Both the position numbers and the translations under genes were made by a program. Source: Lama guanicoe (taxonomy: Eukaryota). From it: 64,000 nucleotides of DNA. The notes beneath the pieces are model-generated. The model saw nothing but the letters and a program-made list of their open reading frames with translations. It made no database searches and was not told the DNA's origin. Within the stretch, counting starts at the first letter, position 1; the number at the start of each line of letters is the position of its first letter. This document shows positions 1 through 12,432 of the stretch, piece after piece. The stretch spans positions 336,773-400,772 of the forward strand of contig MU054122.1 of NCBI GenBank assembly GCA_013239625.1. Reading direction: 5' to 3'.

Positions 1-769
1 AAAAGGAGAGCTTGTAAGATACGTTTAACAAAAATCAGATTTAATTGATAAAGTGTGCCCAAATGAAGTCTGATTTTCATTCCATTATTGGATGTGTCCA
101 TGAAAAAGGAAATTGATATTTTTACCTCCAAAGATGGGTCTAAATTAAAAAGCAAAAAAACAAAGAAACTTCACATGATAAAGTCAAATGGAAAAGAACT
201 CTCCATTTGGAAGACTTTATCTTTTCAGGTTTTCATATTTTCAGGTTCACATGTGCAATGAATTATTGGACATTTTTAATCATTGTGTATATAAACAGAC
301 CTTATTTTTTAAAAGATGTCGTCTCTGGTAGGAAGCATGCAGACACAGGAGATCAATAATTCTCTCCAAAAACAAAGGCAAGATAAATCTGGCCCTTGAT
401 GATTACAACAGCTGTGATATCAGGGCCTGTTGCTGTTGTTTTATGAAATTGGAAAAACTAGAGTTGGAACAAAACCAAATCAAAAAGCAAGCTAAGGAAA
501 TGGGTTATGGAGTCGAGCTGCCTAACGAGCCTTGGAGACACACGCGTGCTATTTAACCGATCCAGGTCTCAGTTTCTGCATCTCTAGTCCCTACCTCACA
601 GTGTCATGGTCAGGATATGTACATGATAGAGCAAACAATAAAAGGCACTTGGTACTATGCCTGCCACAGTAAATGCTCAAAAAAAAAAAATGCAGCTATC
701 ACTTTCCTTACACTTCAAAAATAGGCACACAACTCCGACTTCCTATTAACGCATTGATTTAATCACTCT

Positions 770-1320
770 GAAGGTATTTGCTGAGGAGCTAATACGCATT
801 GGGAGCCAGGCAAAGGAGGTCCCTCTCCTTGGGGGAGCTTGCAGTCTGGTTAGGGAGAAAGATAGGTATCAAACAAAGGACCACACGAATGAAGGCAGAA
901 TTATGATCTGTGCTCGGGATCGTTAAAACAGCAGTGGATGCCACACAGGAGTGTAATGGGGAGCCACCTGCATATGGAGGGCGCTTCCGGACAGTGTCAT
1001 TTTGGTGGAGATCCCCTGGGTAATCCAAGAGAGCTAATTTGGGAGGTGGGGGTACTTTCCAGATAGGGGGGGAAACAGGTGCAAAGGCCCCAGAGTGTTT
1101 GGAAACTGAAAGAAGGCAGGCAGGGCTCAAGGCTGAAGGGCTAAAGGGTGTGTGGAGGAGTAAGTAGGGGCCAGAGCTCACAGACCTGGTAATCCATGTT
1201 TACAATTCATCCTAATAACAATGCGGTGGGCAGCCATAGTAGGTTTGGGGGCAAGGGAGTGATGTATGTGTGTGACCTCGTATATTTCAAGAAGGTGACT
1301 GTGCAGAGACATGAAATGAG
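770..1320 (-). mobile_element. Ancient L2 fragment (a MIR-like piece lies adjacent at about 530-680)
   Basis: G-rich degenerate L2 motifs (GGAGCTTGCAGTCTGGTTAGGGAGA, GGAAACAGGTGCAAAGGCCCCAG). Confidence 0.6.
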
Positions 1321-4300
1321 AGAAGGCCAGACTACAGAGTTTTTGTTTTGTTTTGTTTTTGGGTTTTATTTCAGCCTTTAAAAACAGTTTGCTTTTCACA
1401 GTTTGAAACATAACTTAGAGTTGAACATTTGCAGTGGCTAAACTTCTATGCTTTAGTATTTTTTTTTTTTTGAAAAATAGACAAACACGCCAGGCTCGAG
1501 AATCAAGAACTTTCAAGAATATTCAAATAAGGAGGGGACTTTAAAAGTGCAAAGTAAAGAAATGGAAAGCTCAGGGAATAACCTTTCAGGAAGATTTCGG
1601 GGGGCAATTTACATCTGGGTTTGTGAGGTTTTTTTTTTTTTAAATCCCTGAGAATCAGAAGAAAAAAACAAAAAAGGATGGACAGATGGGAGGCTTCTGC
1701 TGGGTTCTGGGAGAGAGATGATTGCTCTACCAGCCAGGATAGAATAGACTATGATGTGGTAACAGACATCACTCACTGGCAGTTGCTTTACATCACAAAG
1801 GTTTGTTTCATGAAATGCCCACTAGACATCTGAGTGTCTTTCTAGGGCGGCTATGCTCCACATGACTTAGAAACACCACGTGCTGCAGTCTTGGGGCCAC
1901 TTGGTTTCAGCAACCTGCTTCCATAATTGCTGTGTCAGGAGAAGAAAGGGCTGGCAGGTCTTAGTCTGTTGTCTGAAGGCTTCAGCCTGACCAGAACTAG
2001 CTGCATGCCCTACTGTCAGAAAAGAGCAACCATTCTCTGTGCCCAGAGAAAAGAGGAGACCGGGACACAGGAGGGCACCGGAAGTCCTCACCCCCTGTCC
2101 ATCAGCCGAAAGAGAAGCTGACAGGTTTGAGATCTCTCCTGGAGATAAAGCTGACAGAACTTCATAATCAATTGGATACAGGAGGTGAGGGAGCAGGAGG
2201 GGAATCAAGGTAAAGATATAAACAAGACAGATTCATAATTAATCCTCCAGAAGAGCCTTCCAAAACCATGGAGCACAAAGTACAGATGGGCTCACAAAAT
2301 CCCTCTTTACCCTGATATGATATGTTTCCCCCCTCCCCATTTCCTTCCTCCTTCTGTCTGCGTGCCCCACCTTCTGTGCTTTCTGAATGTATTACCATTC
2401 TTTCCAAGGATTTGTTTATTTCTAATTTGCCGTGTATTTCATTCAGGCAGCACCGTTAATGAAGTGAATTACCAAGCCAGCAGTGCTCTGAATTATGATG
2501 GCTTTGCAAGATTGAATTGTGAAACGGCGACAAGCAGGCCTCCGATAGGATTTACAGTCACATAACTTTCCTTAAATCGGAGAGTTATCTTTGTTACTAA
2601 AAAGTCCAAACAGCTTTGCCCAACTGAAATCACAGAAGGTCCATAGAAAGCAAGTGAGGGTATTTGGGGTAAAGCAGAGAGGAGAAAATAAAGAATGAAG
2701 TCAGAGGGCAAAGTGGGTCCTTAGATGTCAGCAGGGTCAGCCTTGAATCTGAGCTCTACTCTCTGACCTTGGCCTTTGAACCCAAGGGTTTTCTTTTTAA
2801 AATCTTTACTCAAAAACATAGCCATAGGGATGCTACAGATTGAATGTGTGACTATCTATGTTGAGCCGAGCTCTCTCCGGACACCAGGTCTGCAGGTGCT
2901 ATGATCTTGGACTTGCAGCCTCCAGAACTGTGAAAAATAAATTTCTGTTAAGTCAGAGCCACCCAGTCCAGGTACAGCAGTCTAAATGGACGACTTGCAT
3001 GGAAGGACTGCACCGAATGTGTATAAATAACAGCTGACCCGCGGATGTTACTCAGTAAAGATTGTGTTCTCTACAACGCATCACTGTGTTGTTTCCTGGA
3101 GCAGCCGCTGTCATTACCCTAGGGGTCAGAAACTCCTCCCATCCACAGAAAGTCACTTCACAGCAGGAGGAGCCGAAAGAGAAGCCCCTCAAGTTCTCTT
3201 TGCTTCATTCATTTCATTCAAAGAAACTTCATAGTTCTCTTCCTTTTCGCCTAATGTCATTGAAACCTTCCCAGGAAAACATTAAAAATGCACATGGAAT
3301 CCATAAACTTCAAATGTTTGTCTACCTTAGGCATCTGACCAATGTAGCACCTTTCAGTGTCTCTGAGACAAGACTCTCAACTCATACTGTTTCCAACAAT
3401 GTTGATTATCAGAATGAAGGAAATACCAATTAACAGTAGAACTGCCATGTTTTAAAATGCTTGAATTCCCTGGACCAGTAGAAGGCATTAGACCTTCCAG
3501 GGAGGGAAAGTGTTAGATCGTCAGTCCTCTCTGTCGGGAATAAGTGAGAATTAGGCGTTTCCTGCATCTGAGCCCATGAAGAGAACCATGAGGGAGTTAC
3601 TTGCTCTTGAGAGAGCAAAAGGAAACTTCCCAGTTCTGAGTTGAGAGTGGTCATGCCCTGTGGACAGATCCTGTTTGAGAAGCTGGCATCCACCACAGAT
3701 GAGGAAGTTGGAATAAACCCTCCTGAACTTCTGATATGGGGACATCTCTCAGACGAGTCAAAAGGGACAGAGAGAAACTGACTGAGACGAAAGTAGGAAT
3801 TCCCAAGACCTGGAGTCACAAGGAACCTGGCAGGAGAAGAGATTGCTACAAAACATGTGTGGGCTGATTTGTAACCCAAGGAAGGAATACTGGGGACCAG
3901 GTTTGAAGGGCCCATTCAAAAGGACTGGATGTCAGGGAGGACCCGAAATGACAGAGGAAGAACATCAGAGCCTGTGGCTGGGGATCTCACATTTAGAGAG
4001 AAGTCCAGGATGTAAGCGGAGAGGGACCCCCTAAAACTTAGAACTCAAGCTGGCAGCCTGAGCAGTCAGATCTGGAAGAGGAAAGGCACAAGAGTCAGAA
4101 AGGCTGCCAGATAAGCTGTAAAAGCCACAATCTGGGGCCAGATGCTCATGGATTCAAAATAAGAATTCTGTTTCTGTCACTGCTGATAGTTTTGTGTTTT
4201 TTTTTTTTAATTTCAACTTTCTGGTGAAAGCCCCTTTTAAGAAAGTCTTACCAGAATTAGCCAAAGATGAGAAAAGAATCAGCCCACATATGGTCTGCCA

Positions 4301-7300
4301 AACCGTACAGTGGAGAGTGCCTCCCAGGACAAGTCATGACAGGGACGGGGCTCTCCCCCTGGACATCTGCTTGAACTTGACGCATCAAGTTGGCCTTGAA
4401 GACTCCAGACCAGAGAGTGGAGGGGACTCTAACTGCCCTGCCAGGGCCCCTTTCACTGCCCCATTACAAGGTCACAGCCTCTGCTCACACGTCACGCTGC
4501 AGGACTGCTTGTCTGCTCGTTTGTAGCATGTCACCAACACTGTCAGGTCCCTGCTCCCTCAACATTCTGCCACATCCACCTTGCAAATCTGCTGCAAGGG
4601 AGAAATACAGCCTCTGGCCTAATACATTTCTATACCTGCCCCCTGAGGATGGCTGGGGAAAAAAAAATCACCCAGGTAGATGGTTTGATAGATTTACGGC
4701 GTCCAATTTGCCAGGCCTTTTGTCCCTTGACACTTCCTGTTACACCTGCCATCCTGTCCCTCCCTGTCTCCTCGAAGATCCAGGCCCATCCCTTCATTTT
4801 TTTCTTTCCTGAACCTTCACCCTTTCCCTGCGACTGTCTCCTGCTCCTCAGGCTCAGTTCTCTACCATCTCAAAGTCAAAAACAAAACAACTCATTCTGC
4901 CATTCTCCTCTGCCTACTGCCCTGCTTCTACAAACTTCCTCCCACAAGCTGTTTCTTTTCTTTACCTGCAAACCCACTGAACCATTCTTGGAAAGCATCG
5001 CCAAGTCCAGGGGATGTTAGGGCTCTTACTCTCCCTCCCGCAGCGTCTGAGTGGCAGGCCACTTGCTGGGCACCTGGTCCCCATCACAATGCTCTCTTTG
5101 TTCTTCTGCCTCTGATTGCTGATCAGGGTTCTCTGGCAGGTTCCTTCTTGGACCCGTCCACTAAGCATTGGTGTCTCCCGTGGTTCTTCCTTTCCTGCCT
5201 TTTATTTTAAAGCAACTGATTGGCATCCAGTTACAGTATTCCCCAGGACACTCTCTAGACCTCTTGTCTTCTCAGCCTGCCTGTCTCCTCAGAACTTCTC
5301 AACCAACCTCTTTTCCCTTCTGCTCCATCCTCATGGCCCCCAAAGTGGGCAGTCTCATGTGCAAGTTTGATCTTGTCATTTCCCTGCTCAGGACCTTCCG
5401 TCATGACCTCTCTGTCAGCCTCAAGACATGCTCCTTGGCTGAGCCATGCACAAGCTGGCCCCTGACCATGATTCCAGTCTCACTTTTTACTGACAGTTTG
5501 CTAGTCATTAAATGGTACAAATTCCTCTTTTTCCATTCCTTGCAAGTCTTTTATTGTGGATGCTGCCTGCTTTTATTACATAATTATAGAATTTATCTGT
5601 TTGGTCTGGCAAACAAGCCTTCAGGCACATTTTCATCACTTCAGTAAGTCAGGGGGAAAAAATCTTTAATAAGATTGAGGGGAAAAGATACACAAAAAAC
5701 AAGCATCTCTGCCATCACTGTTATCTTGCGGCTGATCTGCTTTTTAGAAATGCTCTCCTCGTAAGTCAGACTTGAGCTGAAAACCGACTGGCAAGATTTC
5801 ACAAAATAGCAAGAAGCTTTGGAGACTACAACGGCTACTGCAAAATAATAATAACCAAGGCCCTGATAATGCAAAGAATATCTCTTAAATAAAACCAGTG
5901 GTTCAATCCCTGCAAGTAATGTCACCAGTATTTAGTGGGTATTCACAAGGACCTCTAAAACACAGAGTTAATGTCACCTTCTGAGCATGCCTTGTAATTA
6001 GTGCAATCATGCAATCAGCCCCCTGGACAAGTCAAACATCCCAAAGAATAATTTGCTTGTAAGTGACCAAGGAGTTTCAAGAACATCCAAGTTCTATTTA
6101 CAGTGGCCAGAAAGGGGACAAATCTGAATTGAGAATCTAAATGAAAAGCTTAAAAGTGAATTAATTTTAATGTCTCTGAAGAAAGAATTTCTTAACAGAT
6201 GGGGAATACAGGCTAAAAATGGAAAGCCCAAAGAAGAGGAATCCATCCATATATGTACCGCTCACGCTCCTTCCCCATTCCTGGGAAGAGGCACTGAAGA
6301 GCCAGGAGGGCATCCCTGATCATCAGAGGAACCCCCCCCCCCCGTAGATTGGTGTAACAACTGGCCTGCTAGCTCCAGGATAGAGGGGACAGTGGCCAAC
6401 TGTGTTCACTTCAAGCTCATCAAGCAAACATTTAATTAGAATGTGCACCCTCCTGGTGTGTAATTTCCCTGAAGGAGAAAGGCAAGCATCCCAGCCCACT
6501 GGGATAGTTGGATTGCTCTCTTTAATTGACAAATTAATTTTCAGGTTTATAAATCACCCTCTTATGAGTTTGGTTAGCATAAGTCTGCCTTTGAAATACC
6601 AATCATACTCAAGAACTGGCAAAATCAAGTCTTGGTGCCCACAGAGATGAGGGGCAGACCCCAGCCTGCCTCTTTGTTCAGTCACTCACCAGGCATCTGT
6701 GCCACAGAGAACAGGGGCTACTGGAGAAAGGACAGTGGCCAAAACAGTGTCCTTTTGCTTGGAGCGAAGAGTCCGGGGAGGAGGACAGACAAATGAGCAG
6801 ACACTTACCACGCTGAGTTTGCAGAAGGGATGCTGGCTATTTCCCACCATCATATTAATTTCAAGAAACCATAAATCTGTGTTGTGGTGGTTGTCACTTA
6901 ATTCAGAATACAGGAACTGCTTTTTAAATGACAACATAGAACTTCACTCCTTTAAACATAAACACTGCAGCCACCTTAAACTGCAGGCCTTTCTGCAAAT
7001 AATCTCTGCTAACCTGGTTTTTTGCCTTAACTTTGACCTGTCTTTGGTTACCCTTGATAAATATTAATTAGCTAGCTCTTTACTACTAACCTAGTTACCC
7101 TGAAGTATTCTGGCCCCTCTACCATTGTTGAAAGATAGATCTAAAATGAACACACATTATTTTATTTTACTCATCATGAGGGAACCAGTTCAAAGGAGAA
7201 TCCGCAGAATAGACACATTTATAGATTAGGAATACTGAAATGTGCAAACGGAGGGAGGTCCACTGGACCTCCACCAGATAGGACATAATTTGCATATTTA

Positions 7301-8417
7301 TAGACAAGAATTATTTTGTGTTACTCTGACTTAACTACAGCCTTCAGAGTTGTAAAACTGCTTCCAGGAGAATTAGAATCGGGAAACCCAGAGCTGTGTT
7401 CTCTGAACAATGCAAACTTATTCATCGAAGCACACGATTTTCCCCAAACCATTCACAGTAACACTGCCCATCACTATAACATTAAAGGAAGGGTCAGTAG
7501 TAATGAACCTAAGAGACATTCACTTAGTCTGAATTTCAGTCCCGTTCACTCCACAGCTTCCTCAAGGGGAACAGGTGGACCTGGTGTAGGTGTAAGGTCC
7601 TTTGAAGCACTCAGGAAGCACTGACTTATCTAAGCAGGTTGAAGTAAAGAGAAGACTGGTCCAAAAGGACAAGTCTGATATGGAGACTTATTAAAACGTC
7701 AAATCCAGATGGGCAAGAGCAGGGTCAAAGTAGAGATAAGATAAAGCAGGAGCAGATTGGAAACAAATGGAAGAAAAAAAGTGACTAATACTGGACCATT
7801 TGTGTCTCATTTCATTGGTTCTTAAGTATGAGATCTTTAGGGGCTTGAGATCAACTCAAAAGTGTAGACTTAGGGTGGAATTGGTCTCAATGCAGTGTTT
7901 CTAAAAGTCTTTTTAAACCCACCTCCAACATTTTCCCACTTGGTAGAGCCAAGGTTATTCTGGTCTTTCTTTAATATGCTTTGTATTTGAAAACCTTGGA
8001 TAAACTAAGTATATTTTTAATACTAATAGCCACATTCCCTGATCTTGCTTTGCTTTCCTGGTTATGCATGAAGATCCTAACAGTAACATCTAGTAGATGG
8101 TCATTAGGTGCCAGGTATTGTTTCATACTTTATACACGTGTCATCTCATTTACTCCAATGAATACACAAGACAGGGACTGTGCCCATTCTATAGATGAGG
8201 CAAATAAGGCACTGGAAGATGAAAGGGCGTACAGAAAGTCACTCTGTTAGTCAGAAGTGGAGTAGAGTTTCAAATCCAGACACCACGTGTCTGTGTTCTT
8301 AGCCACTGAGCTATTCAACCTTCCCTTAGAGGGAAAAAATTGTCTTTCAATGGAGAGCCAGTCATTGTCCACAGCACCTGCCACTGTAGGTTACCTGACT
8401 CTTTAGTCTACAGGAAC

Positions 8418-9025
8418 TGACAAAGATTCTCTCCTTGACCAAACTCAGGCTCCTCTGAGGTCTGTTTTAACTAGGCTCCATTTGTGGGTGTGTCCTTAAG
8501 CACCCCAATTCCACAAGAACCCTGCTAAGTCAGCACTCCATGTATGATCACCCTGGATAGTTGACCAAATTCCTCAATCCCCGCCATCCCCCAGGTGATA
8601 TCCAATCACCCTGGTCTGCCTTCAGCAAGAGTCTTATCAGGCCGGTTTGGACAGAATCGCCCCTTACACCTTTGATGCTTCTTCCACTGCCCCTCGCCCT
8701 GTTCATTGGCTATAAATTCCCACATTTTCTTGCTGTATTCAGAGTTGGTCCAATCTCTCTCCCCTACTGCAAAACTCCATTGCAGTGGGGAGGGTATAGC
8801 TCAGCGGTAAGAGTGCATGCTCTTGGGTTCAATACCCAGCACCTCCGTTAAAAAAATAAATGAATACATAGATAAACCTAATTACCTCTCCCAAAATTTT
8901 TTTAGTTAAAAAAAAATTTAAACCTTTAAAAACTCCATTGCAGCAGTCTCTACACCTATTGCAACAGAACTGAATAGTCTGCCTTATCGTTTTAACAAGT
9001 GTCATGGATAACTTTTCCTTTAACA
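8418..9025 (+). mobile_element. ERV1 solo LTR, MER31-like, interrupted by a SINE
   Basis: Termini TGACAAAGATTCTCTCCTTGACCAAACT...TTTTCCTTTAACA, a TATA-like GGCTATAAATT, and a 4-bp TSD with one mismatch (GAAC/GAGC). Family name from recalled consensus. Confidence 0.75.
8787..8928 (+). mobile_element. tRNA-derived camelid-type SINE inserted in an LTR
   Basis: A box GGGGAGGGTATAGCTCAGCGGT, B box GGGTTCAATACCC, AT-rich tail. 15-bp TSD AAAACTCCATTGCAG at 8771-8785 and 8929-8943. Confidence 0.92.
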
Positions 9026-9665
9026 GAGCTGTTTTGAACTCTATACACTGTAGGTAAGGGATAGCAACATAAAACCACCCTTGTCTACAGGTATGCAAAT
9101 GAGCTGTGTCCAGTGGAGACACATCCCTCCCGCACAGCCAGAAGGTCTGTTTTACCTCCCTTGGCAGGTTCATCTCAATATCCCTGATCTAGAAATGTGT
9201 CTGTTCCTTTGAACTGGTTTTAACATTTTGCCAGTCTTCTCTCACTGATGAGTTAAATAATCTCTTTAAAGAGCAGTCCTTTTCCTATCTGTAGAAGAGA
9301 CATGATTTTACCTTTTTATTAAAGTTATCTTTCAACACTCTGAATGAGAGTGCCAGAAGCACTTGTAAACTGAATAAAGATTACCCTGACAAAGAGGATA
9401 AACTTCGGTGGCAAACTGAGCACAGTTCAGGTGCCCCGCTACGCACTACATGCTTAGCCCCTTAGAAATTATTTAGCACCCCCATGCTTTCAGCTTTGTG
9501 TGCAAAATGGAGATAATATTATCTCCCCAATAGATCTGATGCAAAGTTTATGACTGAAACTGCATTAAAACACTCAGTACAGTGACTGGAACAGAGAGCC
9601 CACACAAGCAGCCCTCAGTAGGAGTCCTCACAGTGGCTGTCACTGCCACAGGCGGCCTCTTGAAG

Positions 9666-9825
9666 CAGTCCTTCTCAAACTGTGATGTGCCCGGGAATTG
9701 CCTGGGAAATTTACTAACATGCAGATTCTGGTGCAGCAGCTCCGGGATGGGACCTGCTCGTCTGCATTTCTAACCAGCTTCCAGGTGACGCCACTCCTGC
9801 TGGACTGAGGCTCACGCTCTGTGTC
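9666..9825. mobile_element. MER5A-like hAT MITE
   Basis: CAGTCCTTCTCAAACT...TGCAGATTCTG...CTGCATTTCTAACCAGCTTCCAGGTGA. Confidence 0.75.
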
Positions 9826-10589
9826 ACGAAGTCTTAAAACCTTCATGGATCAAATTCATCTGCCCTGATAGTTTTGTAACAGCCTAGAGTAAAACTTTCA
9901 AGACATGGGGGTGGGTCTTACAGCCAGAAGCATTAGTGGGAAAAAGAAAGAAACACTTTGAAAATCTACAAGAGTAAAACAAGCTAAATTACTATGTAAT
10001 GAACAAGAGGTGGGTTTTTGGTTTCGTTTTGGTTTGGTTTTTCCCAGATGAAGTGCTCCACAAAGGAAACAATCTAAGAGGAGATTTGTGGAACGGAGAA
10101 TTTTTAACATAATTGCTTTTCTGAGTCACATGCAGGATTCATGCCCCCCAGGAGCTCTGCTACAGAAAACACACAAGTAGCCCCCTTTGTTGCTAACACT
10201 TCCACTCAGGCTTGACCCGCCCACCAAATTCAGCCCTCCACTGGGCATCATTCAAGCAAATGGGATGATAATTGGAGGCTGCAGCTTTTTTTCTTTTTCC
10301 TTTTTCAGTTTTACTAGGTAGAATTATTACAGTTTGACTGCACAAACACATTAAATTGCAAATGCATATATACAGTATACTGCACATTTTTTTTAGTTTA
10401 CATATATGTACTGATGATTGTTTCTAAGAACAGATTAGTGCTTTAGCTTTTAAACTTACATAGTTATCAAAGGAATAATGCCAACCACAAAATAAGAATC
10501 AACAGAATGCAATAATCTAATCAAGAAGGACAGTCAGATGTGCTTACACATATTTAAGAAATCCACCATCTTAGTTATAAATAATAAGT

Positions 10590-10727
10590 AGTTCATTTGT
10601 GTCCTTATTGTTATTGTTATTATTTTTTAGATTCCTCATATAAATGATGTCATATGGCATTTTTTTTTTTCTTTCTCTTTCCGGCCTACTTCACTTAGAA
10701 TGACAATCTTCAGGACCATCCATATTG
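10590..10727 (-). mobile_element. LINE-1 ORF2-end/3' UTR fragment joined to non-L1 sequence (see findings)
   Basis: Reverse complement reads GTCATTCTAAGTGAAGTAGGCCGGAAAGAGAAAG...GGAATCTAAAAAA...GACACAAATGAACT, like the L1s at 24136 and 60341. Confidence 0.85.
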
Positions 10728-11396
10728 ATTCAGCCTCTTCTGAGAGAAAGTCAAAGGACATGAGTTGGAAATAACTCGAACATATCAGATAAAAATCCAT
10801 GTTTCAGTGCCCATACTAGCTATGTAATCCCACTCAAACCAAGTCAAAGTCCCAATCAAACAGTTCTTTATCCCAACCGAAAAATAAAGGAAGAAATTTC
10901 TCTGTCAACTAAATATTTCTTCCAACAAACTTGGAGAAGTGAATTCTGAAATAAGACCATTAACGTATTTTATCCGTATTCCATAATGACTCCAGGATAG
11001 TGTTTGAGATAGCCACATGGCACTGGATAATACTTGAGAACTTAAAAATGCTTAAGTATTAGAACCATAACAACAGCTATAAAATAAGTTTAACCACCAA
11101 AGAGTGGAAGCCATCTTATAACCTGTAAGTCCATAGCTCATGTTTATATATTCATATTGCATACTCATTTTCAAGAAAGCATTGGTGAAACTTTGTGGGG
11201 CCCTCCTGGGTATAAAAGCCCCTCTGAATCCCCCATTTCTTGTTTGCAGAAAAAGGCTTTAGTCTCCTAGGGCTTCCCTGAGTTCCAAAGAGTAGGCACA
11301 CTCAGGTACTAACTGGGGGGTGAGGGAACACAGAAACCAAGGAAAAAACAGTTAAACAAGGAAAGTAATGATAAGGGTTCAGGGTCAGAGTCCTTG

Positions 11397-11978
11397 TGCT
11401 GCCAAAAGATCGGCCCTCATCCGTGATGAGCCAAATTGAAACTCAGAGACAGGGTCTTAAAGCATAGAAGAAAAGAGACAAAGAGGACCCAGAGCAGGCT
11501 AGCGCCTTCAAAACAGTGAACCCACCTTGGGGATGGGGCAGGGTGGTTACACAGCCATAGCTCAAACAATAAAACATTGATAACAATGAGCAAAATCATT
11601 TTCCTGTCATAAGGTTTAGCGCGACATCATGGTGTCTCCAGGCAGACAATCCTACAGAGGCTAGCGACTGTCACTTTCTCAATCTCTTCATCTTGCAAAT
11701 GCCTGTGGCATGGGTTTTTTGATGATTTAGCCTGTTTTTGCAGGGTTACGGTTCCATGACCTTCTACCTGGAGAAGAACAACTCAGAAGCCAAGCACGAT
11801 TATAACTTTTGATTACGGGAATAAAGTAGAAACAGTAAGGTCAATAGCTTTAGTCTTAACTGTGGGCCTGGAGCTGTGAGTAGCAACTGGTCAGTCAGGT
11901 TAGTTGACCGTTTTAAGGGCAAGCATAAAGGTAAGAATCTGTTAGCCTAAGTGTGGCCATTTTACTGTTCCTCCTTCC
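11397..11978 (-). mobile_element. LTR-like insert nested in the outer LTR
   Basis: Flanked by direct repeat CTTG at 11393-11396 and 11979-11982. Begins TGCTGCCAAAA...AAACTCAGAGACAG, resembling a reverse-oriented LTR end. Confidence 0.5.
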
Positions 11979-12242
11979 CTTGTTCCTCCTCCAGATAACA
12001 GTCTGAAGGGTATCTCTGAGTTGTTCTTCGGGAACTAAGACCCACCCCCACCCAGGTGGAGGATGGTGACTCCAAGCTGAGCACAAGCACGCAGACCCCA
12101 GCCTGGTTGGCACCAGGAGGTCGATGATTGTGATTCCTCAAACACTACCCTGTTACCTTTCCATCAGCCAATCTGAAGAAAGACATGCACGCGGCACCCC
12201 TCGCCCCAGATGTTGCCTTTAAAAATCCTTCCCTGAGAGGGA

Positions 12243-12432
12243 GGGAGGATTATAGCCCAGCAGTAGAGTGTATGCTTAGCATGCATGAGGTCCTCGGTTC
12301 AATCCCCCGTATCTCCACTAAAATAAATAAGTAAATAAATAAGCTTAATTACCTTCCTCTCAAACAAATACCAATAAAAATAAATAAAGTGCTTTAAAAA
12401 TAATTTTAAAAAGAAAATTTAAAAAATAAAAA
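12243..12432 (+). mobile_element. tRNA-derived camelid-type SINE inserted in an LTR
   Basis: GGGAGGATTATAGCCCAGCAGTAGAGTGTATGCTTAGCATGCATGAGGTCCTCGGTTCAATCCCC followed by an A-rich tail. Confidence 0.88.
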
